Below are positions 1 to 9,200 of a DNA stretch of 40,984 bases, one piece after another. The position numbers were made by a program, and so were the translations under genes. The stretch is from positions 1 to 40,984 of the forward strand of contig JAJRSN010000090.1 in assembly GCA_024278715.1 (NCBI GenBank), written 5' to 3'. The notes under the pieces are model-generated. The model had not been told where the DNA came from, made no database searches, and saw only the letters and a list, made by a program, of their open reading frames with translations. Position 1 is the stretch's first letter. Each line of letters starts with the position of its first letter. Source of the stretch: Calditrichota bacterium (GTDB lineage: Bacteria; Calditrichota; Calditrichia; Calditrichales; Calditrichaceae).

Positions 1-210
1 AATGTACATAAACCCGAACTGGATTATTCCCAGAAGAAAGAGTTCTTTCTTATGCTCGATCTCTTTAAATCGCAGAAAGGGCAAAAAAACCAGAAAGGCT
101 AACAGCATCCGCACAAACGCCACAAAATTGGCATTCAACGAAGTTAGCTGCCCTTTGATTAATCCAAACGAAAATGCCCATAATAAAGACACGATCAACA
201 GATAAACCAT
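1..210 (-). CDS. EamA/DMT family transporter, YigM(BioP)/MadN-like; 5' part only (runs off window)
   Basis: Not in the ORF track. Manual translation from ATG at 210 (alternative 216) gives MVYLLIVSLLWAFSFGLIKGQLTSLNANFVAFVRMLLAFLVFLPFLRF...GIIQFGFMYI, matching the YigM-type N-terminus (LWAFSF...R...LVFLPFLR). AAGGA SD upstream. Confidence 0.8.
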   Translation of the reverse strand, partial: MVYLLIVSLLWAFSFGLIKGQLTSLNANFVAFVRMLLAFLVFLPFLRFKEIEHKKELFLLGIIQFGFMYI

Positions 211-336
211 TTTCATCCTTGATTGATTAAAAGAAACGCAAATATAATATTAATTAACAATCTCCACAAAATAATTTGATCCCCAGAGCTAAAAATCATA
301 ACTTCCTGCCTTTTAAGTTTAATCCTGAGGGGAATT

Positions 337-2166
337 ATGATGATTAAACAAATACTCTTTTTAATCCTGTTTTTTGATCTTTCGTTTACGGCGCTTTTTG
401 CCCAACAGGGCGATTCCTTATTAACTTTCGAGTTAAACGAACCCATCATTGTCACCGCATCCAGGACGCCCGTTACTTTAATGCGCTCAGCCAGAACGGT
501 AAGCGTGCTTGACAGCGCGATGCTTGTCGATTTGCACGTTAATTCGGTTCAGGACGCCCTCGAATACGTCAGCGGCGTGGACATACAGCAACGCGGCGGT
601 CAGGGCGTTCAAGCCGATATTAGTTTGCGCGGCTCCACTTACGAACAGACTTTAATTTTAATCGACGGGGTAAAAACAAACGATCCCCAAACCGGTCACC
701 ACAATTTGAACTTGCCTTTAACTTTGCAGGATGTTCAACGAATCGAAGTTTTAAAAGGAGCCGGTTCGCGTATTTACGGACCAAACGCCTTCGGTGGCGT
801 TATTAATATTATCACCAGAAAAGCAAAAGGCAAAAAACTGCTGTTTTCCGCGACGGGCGGCGACTTTGGCTACCGCGAAGGAAATTTGAATTTCGGATTC
901 CCCACCGGAAAACTCAATCACAATTTGTCAATTTCCGGTTCCGCAAGCGAAGGTTACAGACCCAACACGGACTTTGAAAAGTATTCCCTTTTTTATCAGA
1001 ACTGATTCCGCGTAAAAGACACAAAATTTGAAATGAACGGCGGTTTTACCTCAAAAGACTTCGGGGCAAATCGTTTTTACCACCCGTCATTTCCCAACCA
1101 AAAAGAAAAAACGCGGGTTTATTATTTTAAAACTTCCGCCAAATACCGGAATTCAAACCGCTCTTTTTTTGTCAATCCGCGTCTTTTCTGGCGGCGGCAC
1201 AGCGATGATTTTCTTCTGGATTACACCCGTCCCGATTGGTACCATAATCGGCACAAAACAAATATCTTCGGCGTGGAAATCTTAAATCAGTTTTTCCACA
1301 AATACGGAAAAACGTCATTTCAAACCGAATGGAGTTTGAATCAAATACAAAGTAACAGCCTGGGCGATCACCAACGCCGACAATTCGGTCTTTCGATTGA
1401 ACACCTGATTACGGTCAAATCGTTTTTATTCGTTTTTGGCGGCACCTTTTACAACTACTCCGATTGGGGCTGGCAATTCTGTCCGGGATTGGACGTCAGT
1501 TATCAGTTTTCGCCGATGTTAACCTTCTATGCCTCTACCGGCAGGGCTTTTCGCCCGCCCAGTTTTACCGAGCTTTACTATTACAGCGCCGCAAATCACG
1601 GCAACCCCAGCCTTAAACCCGAGAAAACCGTTGATTATGAGCTGGGCTCGCGCTTGCAAACGCGTAATCTTTTTTTGACATTTTCTGTTTTTCAACGGAA
1701 GGGTAATCAACTGATAGACTGGATTTGGGATTCAAACGGTGAATTCTGGCAGGCGACCAATTTTTCTAACATTGCGACATCCGGAGGAGAATTTGAAATC
1801 AGGATTCTTGCTCCGTTTTCGATGATTAAGGATTTGCGCCTTGGGTACACCTATCTGAATTCCCGTAAATCCGCTCACGGGCAAATCTCAAAATATGTTC
1901 TTAACTACCTGCGTCATCAGTTGATATTAAGAATCCGCCACAATTTAATTCTGCCCGAAATCTCCGCAGCCTGGAATTTTCGCTATGAGGATCGCGTAAA
2001 CTCCGGCGACCATCTGTTGACCGATATCGATTTACAGTGGAAAACCAAAAGCCTGATCTGGTTTGCAAATGTCGCCAATCTTTTCAATCGGCATTACGAA
2101 GATTTTACAGCAGTTCCTCAGCCGGGACGTTGGTTTAAATTGGGTTTTCGTTACAGGATATTTTAA
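337..2166 (+). pseudogene. TonB-dependent receptor (BtuB-like, ~609 codons) interrupted by a single in-frame TGA at 1003-1005
   Basis: ORFs 337..1005 and 1033..2166 are in the same frame, joined by ...FYQN*FRVKDTKFEMNGG.... Signal peptide, plug motifs (IIVTASR, LILIDGV, RIEVLKGAGSRIYGPNAFGGVINIIT), barrel motifs (GNPSLKPE, NLFN) and C-terminal Phe. Could also be a sequencing error. Confidence 0.8.
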
Positions 2167-2167
2167 G

Positions 2168-2399
2168 AGGTTTAGTTGTTTAGTTGTTTAGAAAAATTAC
2201 TGAGGAATTGAATGAGAGAAAAAGGTCGTGACGCGTAACGCGTGATGAGTAACAAGTAACAAGTGACGAGTAACGAGTAACAAAGTAACGAGGAAGATGA
2301 AAGCAGAGAGCAGAGAGCAGAAAGCCGTGATTAAAATCTGTCGTGATAAGCGAATCGGAGAGGCACGCTTACACGCTTACACCATTAACGCTTAACGAA
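2168..2399. repeat. Composite direct repeat, copy 1 (232 bp): GTTTAGTT x3, GTRAYRN heptamer x9, AGCAGAG x3 and CACGCTTA-type units separated by unique linkers
   Basis: Read directly; aligns with 2652-2876. Confidence 0.95.
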
Positions 2400-2501
2400 T
2401 TAACGAAAAAGACGTGACGCGTAATGCGTGATGAGTGATCCGAGATTAGTTGTTAATGTTATTAATCTCTCAGAATTTCATAAATTACGCTGCTTGAAAA
2501 T

Positions 2502-2562
2502 AAGACCCCCCTTGCCTTCGGCGTTCCCCCCTGTAAAGGGGGGAAATTAAAAGGGGGGTCTT
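2502..2562. repeat. GC-rich REP-like branched palindrome (12 bp closing stem plus two hairpins)
   Basis: AAGACCCCCCTT (2502-2513) pairs with AAGGGGGGTCTT (2551-2562). Inner hairpins are GCC-TTC-GGC (2514-2522) and TTCCCCCCT-GTAA-AGGGGGGAA (2524-2545). Confidence 0.85.
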
Positions 2563-2651
2563 TAGTTCAGAATAAACATAAATTTACATGCGACAAAGAC
2601 GTAACGAGTAACAAAGTTACAAAGTTGGGATTGTCGGAGGATGTAAGGAAA

Positions 2652-2876
2652 AGGTTTAGAAGTTTAGTTGTTTAGAAAAATTACTGAGGAATTGAATGAG
2701 AGAAAAAGGTCGTGACGCGTAACGAGTGATGAGTAACAAGTAACAAGTGACGAGTAACGAGTAACAAAGTAATGAGGAAGATGAAAGCAGAGAGCAGAAA
2801 GCCGTGATTAAAATCTGTCGTGATAAGCGAATCGGAGAGGCACGCTTACACGCTTACACCCTTAACACTTAACGAA
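2652..2876. repeat. Composite direct repeat, copy 2 (225 bp)
   Basis: Same as 2168-2399 except one AGCAGAG unit fewer and 6 substitutions. Confidence 0.95.
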
Positions 2877-2928
2877 AATTAACAAGGTAAGCTGAAGAGA
2901 AAATTCATAAATCGTAAATCCAAACCGC

Positions 2929-3567
2929 TTATTTTTTGGTGCGATAGAGATTGGGGTCAATGACTTCAACGGCGGATTGAATTGCCAAGGGAATTCCCAA
3001 AAACGTTTCCGTCTTTTCAAGGACTAACATCGGAGACCGAAGCAGCTCCCGATAATCAACATCGATGTAACGGATATTGGGCTGCCGGTTTAACCAGCGG
3101 TGAATTTCTTTAAGATGAGTTTCAAAATGCTGTGTTAGGCGCAGCGTTTCCAGCTTACCGGTCGGTTTTCCCAAAGAGCGCAGCATTTTGTTTTGCGATT
3201 CGATAACTTCATCAAGATCGCGGTTCATAAAAATAATTTGGTACTCTAATCCTGAAGGTAAATATGGCAAGAGATACGAAATAATTTTAACCGCTTTTCC
3301 CTTTGCCTGTTTTAGCCATTCCGTATTTTGTTTTATTTTTTTTACCGGTTCGAACTCAAAATATCCGCGCGGATTATTTTCATCCGGTTTGCGGCGCTCA
3401 TCGGTTAAAACCGGAATTCCCGCGGCATGCAAAATTTGCATCATCAAAGACGTTCCGCTGCGCGGCAATCCGCTAACGATAATTATTGTATTTTTCAAGA
3501 TTAATCGACTCTCCGAAAATGCAATTTTTTCCGTTTTTCTGAATTTTTTAGAAACACTCCGCCGCAT
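2929..3567 (-). CDS. Sulfotransferase family protein (P-loop, PAPS-dependent)
   Basis: 5'-PSB motif IVSGLPRSGTSLMM, DENNPRGYFE, IIFMNRD. True start may be the TTG at 3498. Confidence 0.85.
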   Translation of the reverse strand: MRRSVSKKFRKTEKIAFSESRLILKNTIIIVSGLPRSGTSLMMQILHAAGIPVLTDERRKPDENNPRGYFEFEPVKKIKQNTEWLKQAKGKAVKIISYLLPYLPSGLEYQIIFMNRDLDEVIESQNKMLRSLGKPTGKLETLRLTQHFETHLKEIHRWLNRQPNIRYIDVDYRELLRSPMLVLEKTETFLGIPLAIQSAVEVIDPNLYRTKK

Positions 3568-3619
3568 TCCCCGTATTTAAAAGTAACTTATTTATTTTTA
3601 TCTTTTTGGGAGGTTTATC

Positions 3620-4072
3620 ATGTTACGTTCAACTCACCGCAACTTTATCGTTGCCGGTTTTGTTTTACTGTTTCTTCTGTCATTTGGTTTTGCGCAGGAA
3701 GCAAAAACTCCTGACTGGAAGAGCTTCAGTAAGCAACTGGTTAAGTCGGTGAAATCCGAAAACGAGGGCGTACGGATTTCAGCCATGCAACAAATCATTC
3801 GCTTCTCAGACAGTGTTAAAGTTACAAGCGCCCGTTATGTCGTGATGGAAAAGTTCCTTACCGCAAAAGATCGCGGAGTTCGCCAGTTAGCCCTGGTTAC
3901 GCTTTACAAAATCGGAAACTGGTTTGATATGGGTTATCTTCAGTTACATTATCCTTACGAAAAAGACCCGGTTCTGAAGCATCAGATTGCCGCCATTTTG
4001 ATAGCCAAGGGACGCGAGATACCGCAAAGCACGACATTTGAAAATCCTGCGTTACAATATTCGCTAAAATAG
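3620..4072 (+). CDS. Secreted hypothetical protein with HEAT-like repeats
   Basis: GGAGG SD; signal peptide ending FGFA-Q; three HEAT-like helices (SENEGVRISAM, KDRGVRQLAL, KDPVLKHQIA). Confidence 0.7.
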   Translation: MLRSTHRNFIVAGFVLLFLLSFGFAQEAKTPDWKSFSKQLVKSVKSENEGVRISAMQQIIRFSDSVKVTSARYVVMEKFLTAKDRGVRQLALVTLYKIGNWFDMGYLQLHYPYEKDPVLKHQIAAILIAKGREIPQSTTFENPALQYSLK

Positions 4073-4087
4073 TTTCGTCAAACCTGC

Positions 4088-4116
4088 AAAAACCCCGTTT
4101 AATGCGGGGTTTTTTT
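4088..4116. terminator. Bidirectional intrinsic terminator
   Basis: AAAAACCCCG-tttaatg-CGGGGTTTTTTT between convergent genes. Confidence 0.8.
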
Positions 4117-4666
4117 ATGGGTTTAATCCCAACTGTTCCGCAACTCCGCTGAGCGCTTTTACCACAAATTCCACATGTTCTTCAAAAGGGACGCCTAATT
4201 CCTCGGCGCCTTCCCGAATTTCATCACGGTTTACTTTGGCGGCAAAGCTTTTGTCTTTCATCTTCTTTTTAACAGATTTTACTTTGACTTCGCCAATGGA
4301 TTTAGTCGGTCGCACAAGAGCAACGGCGATCAAAAATCCGCAAAGCTCATCCACTGCGTACAAAGTCTTTGCCATCAGCGTTTCTCTGAGAACGCCGGAG
4401 TAATTTGCATGTCCCAGAATCGCCTTCCGGACATCCTCCGGCACGCCTTTTTCTTCTAAAATCTTGCTGCCTTTCATCGGATGCTCTTCGGGGAATTTTT
4501 CATAATCAAAATCGTGTAGCAAGCCCACAACGCCCCAAAGTTCTTCATCTTCGTTAAATTTACGGGCATACGCCCGCATCGCAGCTTCTACCGCAAAGGC
4601 GTGTTTGAGCAAACTTTCCGTTTTAGTATATTCTTTCAGAATCGCAAGCGCTTCGTCTCTTGTCAT
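4115..4666 (-). CDS. HD/HDIG-domain metal-dependent hydrolase
   Basis: LLKHAFAVE...GLLHDFDYE...KKKMKDKSFAAKVNRDEI, typical of the small HDIG family. Confidence 0.9.
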   Translation of the reverse strand: MTRDEALAILKEYTKTESLLKHAFAVEAAMRAYARKFNEDEELWGVVGLLHDFDYEKFPEEHPMKGSKILEEKGVPEDVRKAILGHANYSGVLRETLMAKTLYAVDELCGFLIAVALVRPTKSIGEVKVKSVKKKMKDKSFAAKVNRDEIREGAEELGVPFEEHVEFVVKALSGVAEQLGLNP

Positions 4667-4680
4667 TTTTTAAATCCTCC

Positions 4681-5445
4681 TTATCCGCATAACACATTTC
4701 CGCCGTTAACATTCAAAATTTCGCCGTCTATATAACGAGCCAAATTCGAAGCCAGAAAAACCACGGGACCCGCAATATCTTCGGGCTCCCCGATAAATCC
4801 CACAGGAATACCCTTCACAATATCTTCTTTCTGTTTACTAAGAGCCTGCTCGGTCATATCCGTTTTTACCCAGCCGGGAGCAACGCAGTTAACGCGAATC
4901 CCTTTTGGTCCCAACTCTGTAGCCAGAGACTTTGTAAAGCTGATAATCGCTCCTTTGGTTGCGGCGTAATGAGAATAATAGGCTTCGCCTCTTTGACCTG
5001 CCGTGGAAGAGATATTAATGATATGCCCCCGAATCTTATTACCGAGCATGTGGCGAACAACGGTTCGGGTAAAATAAAACGTACCGTCTAAATTCGTCTG
5101 GATAGTCTTCCGCCAGTTATCCACCGACATTTCATCTATCGGACCGTATTCCCAAACACCGGCATTGTTTACCAGAATATCGATCCGTCCGAAATGTTCG
5201 ACCGCTTTGCGCACAAAGGAGCGAACTTCCTGAAAATCCCGAATATCGCATTCGTCAAAAAAAATTTCGGCACCAAATTTTTTACATTCTTCCGCCAACC
5301 GCTCCGCGCCCCTCAAATTTTTATTGTAATTAAAAGCGACTCCGGCGCCTAATCTGCTAAACATCCGCACCACGGCGGCTCCTATCCCGCGACTGCCACC
5401 GGTGACAAGCACATATTTCCCCTCAAAGCTAATCATCTCACTCAC
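4681..5445 (-). CDS. Short-chain dehydrogenase/reductase, FabG-like
   Basis: TGGSRGIG, NNAG, YAATK, VNCVAPG motifs. Confidence 0.93.
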   Translation of the reverse strand: MSEMISFEGKYVLVTGGSRGIGAAVVRMFSRLGAGVAFNYNKNLRGAERLAEECKKFGAEIFFDECDIRDFQEVRSFVRKAVEHFGRIDILVNNAGVWEYGPIDEMSVDNWRKTIQTNLDGTFYFTRTVVRHMLGNKIRGHIINISSTAGQRGEAYYSHYAATKGAIISFTKSLATELGPKGIRVNCVAPGWVKTDMTEQALSKQKEDIVKGIPVGFIGEPEDIAGPVVFLASNLARYIDGEILNVNGGNVLCG

Positions 5446-5557
5446 TCCCCTTGTGCTTAGTATTTATTTGTTTTTTGTTTTGTTCAATCCTATCTTCTTT
5501 ATTGAAAATAATAATTTTACAAATTAATCGCTAATTATTCCTACAGAGGGAGGCTTT

Positions 5558-6028
5558 ATGAGAATATTTAAAATCTTCCTGCTCTTTTCATTTTTCTTAT
5601 TAGTTACGTTTTGCTCAAAAAACAAGGAGAATTCTGTGCTTGAAAAAGATGTTATCAAAGAGGGAAAAAATATAACCATACCGTCCGAAGTTACTACGAC
5701 ATCCTCCGGCTTGAAATACATTGATTTGGTCGAAGGCAGCGGTCCCGCTCCGCAGGCGGGACAAACGGTTGTCGTGCATTACACCGGCTGGCTGATGAAC
5801 GGTAAAAAGTTTGACAGTTCGGTGGATCGCAATCAACCTTTTCGTTTTATCATCGGTCAGGGGCAGGTAATTCCCGGTTGGGAAGAAGGATTGCAAACCA
5901 TGCACACGGGCGGCAAACGCCGTCTTTTTATCCCTTATCAGTTGGCTTACGGAGAACGGGGCTACCCGCCGGTAATTCCGCCCAAGGCAATGCTGGTATT
6001 TGATGTTGAGCTGCTTGAAATTCAATAG
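5558..6028 (+). CDS. FKBP-type peptidyl-prolyl cis-trans isomerase, probable lipoprotein
   Basis: VHYTGWL-x-NGKKFDSS, GQVIPGWEEG, LAYG, LVFDVELL; hydrophobic N-terminus followed by Cys. Confidence 0.95.
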   Translation: MRIFKIFLLFSFFLLVTFCSKNKENSVLEKDVIKEGKNITIPSEVTTTSSGLKYIDLVEGSGPAPQAGQTVVVHYTGWLMNGKKFDSSVDRNQPFRFIIGQGQVIPGWEEGLQTMHTGGKRRLFIPYQLAYGERGYPPVIPPKAMLVFDVELLEIQ

Positions 6029-6043
6029 AATTTGTTTATATTT

Positions 6044-6079
6044 GACAGGGGAAAGCGTTGTTTTTCCCTGTCTGTTTTT
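6044..6079 (+). terminator. Probable intrinsic terminator after FKBP
   Basis: GACAGGGGAAA...TTTTCCCTGTC stem followed by TGTTTTT. Confidence 0.6.
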
Positions 6080-6299
6080 CTGTCTTTCTGCTGACTAAAT
6101 CTGTTGCTTAGTTTTCTTTCTGTTCTTTTAAATTCCTGTCGGAACACAAAAATTAAATTTCTGATGCCTGCGGAATTTTTAAGTTGCTGATTGCGTCTGT
6201 TTTAAAAAAAAATAAATATCAAAATTTTATCACTATATTAAAAATTATTAAATTTAAGACGATGATAAAGTGTATCATTTCTTTAGGAGGTATATTTAA

Positions 6300-9200
6300 A
6301 TGCTCCACAAAAACAAATTAAGCGGAATTAGCTCCTTCTTGAGTGTAGTTCTCTTAATTATCTTTATTATTCCGTCTGTTATATTGGCTGCCACTTATTA
6401 TTCCCAGGGTTCTGCGAACTTTGGCACGCTTTCCAACTGGGACACAGTACGGGACGGCGGCGGCAGTAATCCTACGGCAATTAATTCAACGGATGATTTC
6501 GTAATTCAAAACGGACACACCATTACCAACGACGGTTCTTATACCATTAACAGCCTGACCATCGAAAGCGGCGGCACTTATGACGGCAACGGAAATACAA
6601 TTGTTTTAAACGGGGATTTTACCCAAAACGGAACAATGACCGATGGCGTTAATCCCAGCGCCAATTTCACCTTTTCCGGAAGTACGACTCAAACAATCGG
6701 CGGCACGGGCACGGTTGAATTTTACTATTTAACCTTCAACGGAACAGGCACTTATACCATTAGCGCCAACTTTTCCGCTTATTATTTAACATTAAGCGGC
6801 GGAACTTTAAATGCAGGCAGTTACGTTATTTCTATCATTGGATTTAGCGCCACGGTTTTCAATAAAACCGGCGGTACGTTTAACGCCGGAACCAGCCGTT
6901 TCCAATTTAACACCATCGGAAGTCAGACAATTTCAAGTAATACGGATTTGGTATTTTACGATTTAGAGCATTCTCCCGGTATAGCCAAAAGTTTAACCTT
7001 TTCCGGGGACGTTCAATTTTCGGTTTCCAATACGTTTACCAGAGGAGGAAGCAGCCTTAGCGTTCTGCTTAACGGCACTACCACCTTAAATTTAAACGGC
7101 GCCACGTTAATCTATTCCGGAAGCGTAGATAAAACGGTTAGCGCGGAATGGCCCACAAGCAGTTCATTGGCGCCCTCCGAAGTTCAGATAACTTCCGGAA
7201 TCACCGTAACCGCGGATCCTGGACTCGGGAATACTTTGAGTACCGGCACGCTTTTGCTTAATGCCTCGGGAGCGACTCTTTCGATTTCATCCGGCTCCAT
7301 TCAGGTGAACACACAATTAACCATGACCAGCGGTTCCATTGTGGAAAACGGCGGCTCTTTTGCCTGGGGAACCGGCTCCACAACCTTGCTTTACAACGGC
7401 ACTGCCCAGCAAACCGTGGGAGCGGAATGGACTTCATCCAAAGCGCCGGCTAACGTTCAGGTAAACAACTCTTCAGGATCGAATCCTGCCGTCGTTATGG
7501 GATCGGGTTCTCTTTCCGCGTTAAGCGGAAACTTAATTTTAACCTACGGTAGTCTCGATTACTCCGTTTCCGGATTATCGCTAACCGTCAGCGGCAATGT
7601 GGAAGGCGGTTCGGGCTCGTTCGGTATGGTGAATTCCAATACGTTATTGGTTAACGGCGCAAGCAGCGCGGTTACTTCGTCGGGAACGGCTTCGTTCTAT
7701 AATTTAACAATAACTTCCACAAGCGGTACTTTGTCCGATATCAAAATATCCGGAACGCTCACAATCAATCCGGGCAGCGGAAATACTACCACTTTGACCG
7801 GCGCGGTTACATTGGAAACGGGCGCAAATCTCACGATTTCCAGCGGTATTTTGAATTTAAACGGTCAGTTAGTTACCAAAACGGGTTCCAATACCCTTAC
7901 GCTTTCTTCGGGCGCCCAGCTTACGACCGGCGGCTCTTCCATCGTCGGGTTTGCCACTTACAGCCTGGACCCAGCCAGCACCATTTTATTCAACGGAAGC
8001 TCTTCCGAAGACATTCCGGCGGGAGTCAGTTACGGAAATATTCAGATAAACAAAACAAATTCCAGCGCCATCGTTTCGGGCAGCGGAACCACCATTTTAC
8101 AAGACAATGCCGATTTGACCGTAAACGCCGGTACTTTCGATTTAAACGCCCTGGCTCTGCAGTTGGGGAACAACAGCGATTTAAACATTCAGGGCGGTAT
8201 TCTCGATCTCAACGGCGGTTCGTTAAGTATTACCCTTACTAACACTAACACTTTAACAATCGCTTCCGGCGCAACCCTAAAAACCGGCGGAACGAGTATT
8301 GACGGATTTGACACCTACACCGCGAGCGGCACGGTAATTTTCAACGGCTCCACTTCGGAAACCATCCCGGCGGGAATGACCTCGTTTAACGATCTTACTA
8401 TCAACAACGGCGCGGGGGTCGATGCGTCTAACAGCACCAAAAGCGTTTCCGGCACGCTCACTCTTTCTTTGGGAACATTAACACCCGCGACCTTAAATCT
8501 TTCGGGCACCTTAACGACCAACGGCGGAAATTTCAGCACTTCAACCGGAACCGTTGTCTTTCAAGGCAGCTCGGCGCAGACCATTAACGGCACATCGGCG
8601 GTGAACTTTTACAATTTTACCATTAGCAATGCAAGCGGGGTTACGCTTAACCATAACATCACTGTTTACGGCACGTTATACCTTTCCAGCGGCGTTATTG
8701 ACGCCAGCGGCAATCTGCTCTCGCTCAGCACGGGCGGTTCGTTTTCCGGGGGAAGCTCAAGCAGTTATGTTGAAGGACGGGTGGCAAAAACCTTTGCTCT
8801 GGGAAGCTCGGCGACTTTTACTTTTCACACAGCCAAGGACGGACAATATCTGCCCGTGGGAGTAACCTTTACAGACGTCTCGGGAAGCGATTACACCGTT
8901 ACCGTGGAACAATACAACTCCGATCCGCACAGCGCGATCAGTAGTTCCATTGACGCCGGAACATTGAGCAATATTTCGTCTGTCCGCTACTGGTTTATTG
9001 ACGGTTCGGGCGGCACCCCCGCAAACCTTCAGATTACCCTGACCTGGAATTCCGCCGACGGGGTCTCGGTGCTTACCGCTCTTGATGTCGCACAGTTTAC
9101 CGGAACCCAATGGATCAGCGTTGGCGGAGACGGCACGGGCGATTCCAACAGCGGAACCATCCAATCCGATGTTATTACCACCAGCGGAAGCTATTACACC

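Noticed and set aside
211-336. Cobalamin riboswitch or BirA operator upstream of the TBDR
   Set aside because: Short AT-rich spacer without the consensus elements.
1003-1050. Selenocysteine or genetic-code reassignment of the TGA
   Set aside because: Only a weak GTAAAA/TTTTAC stem with a long AT loop follows, the position is not redox-catalytic, and TGA terminates other genes here.
2585-2600. TTACATGCGACAAAGAC as an IS terminal inverted repeat
   Set aside because: No matching partner end or transposase found in the window.
2168-2925. CRISPR array or integron attC array
   Set aside because: No constant 25-45 bp repeat with unique equal-length spacers, no RYYYAAC...GTTRRRY cassette structure, and no cas or intI gene in the window.
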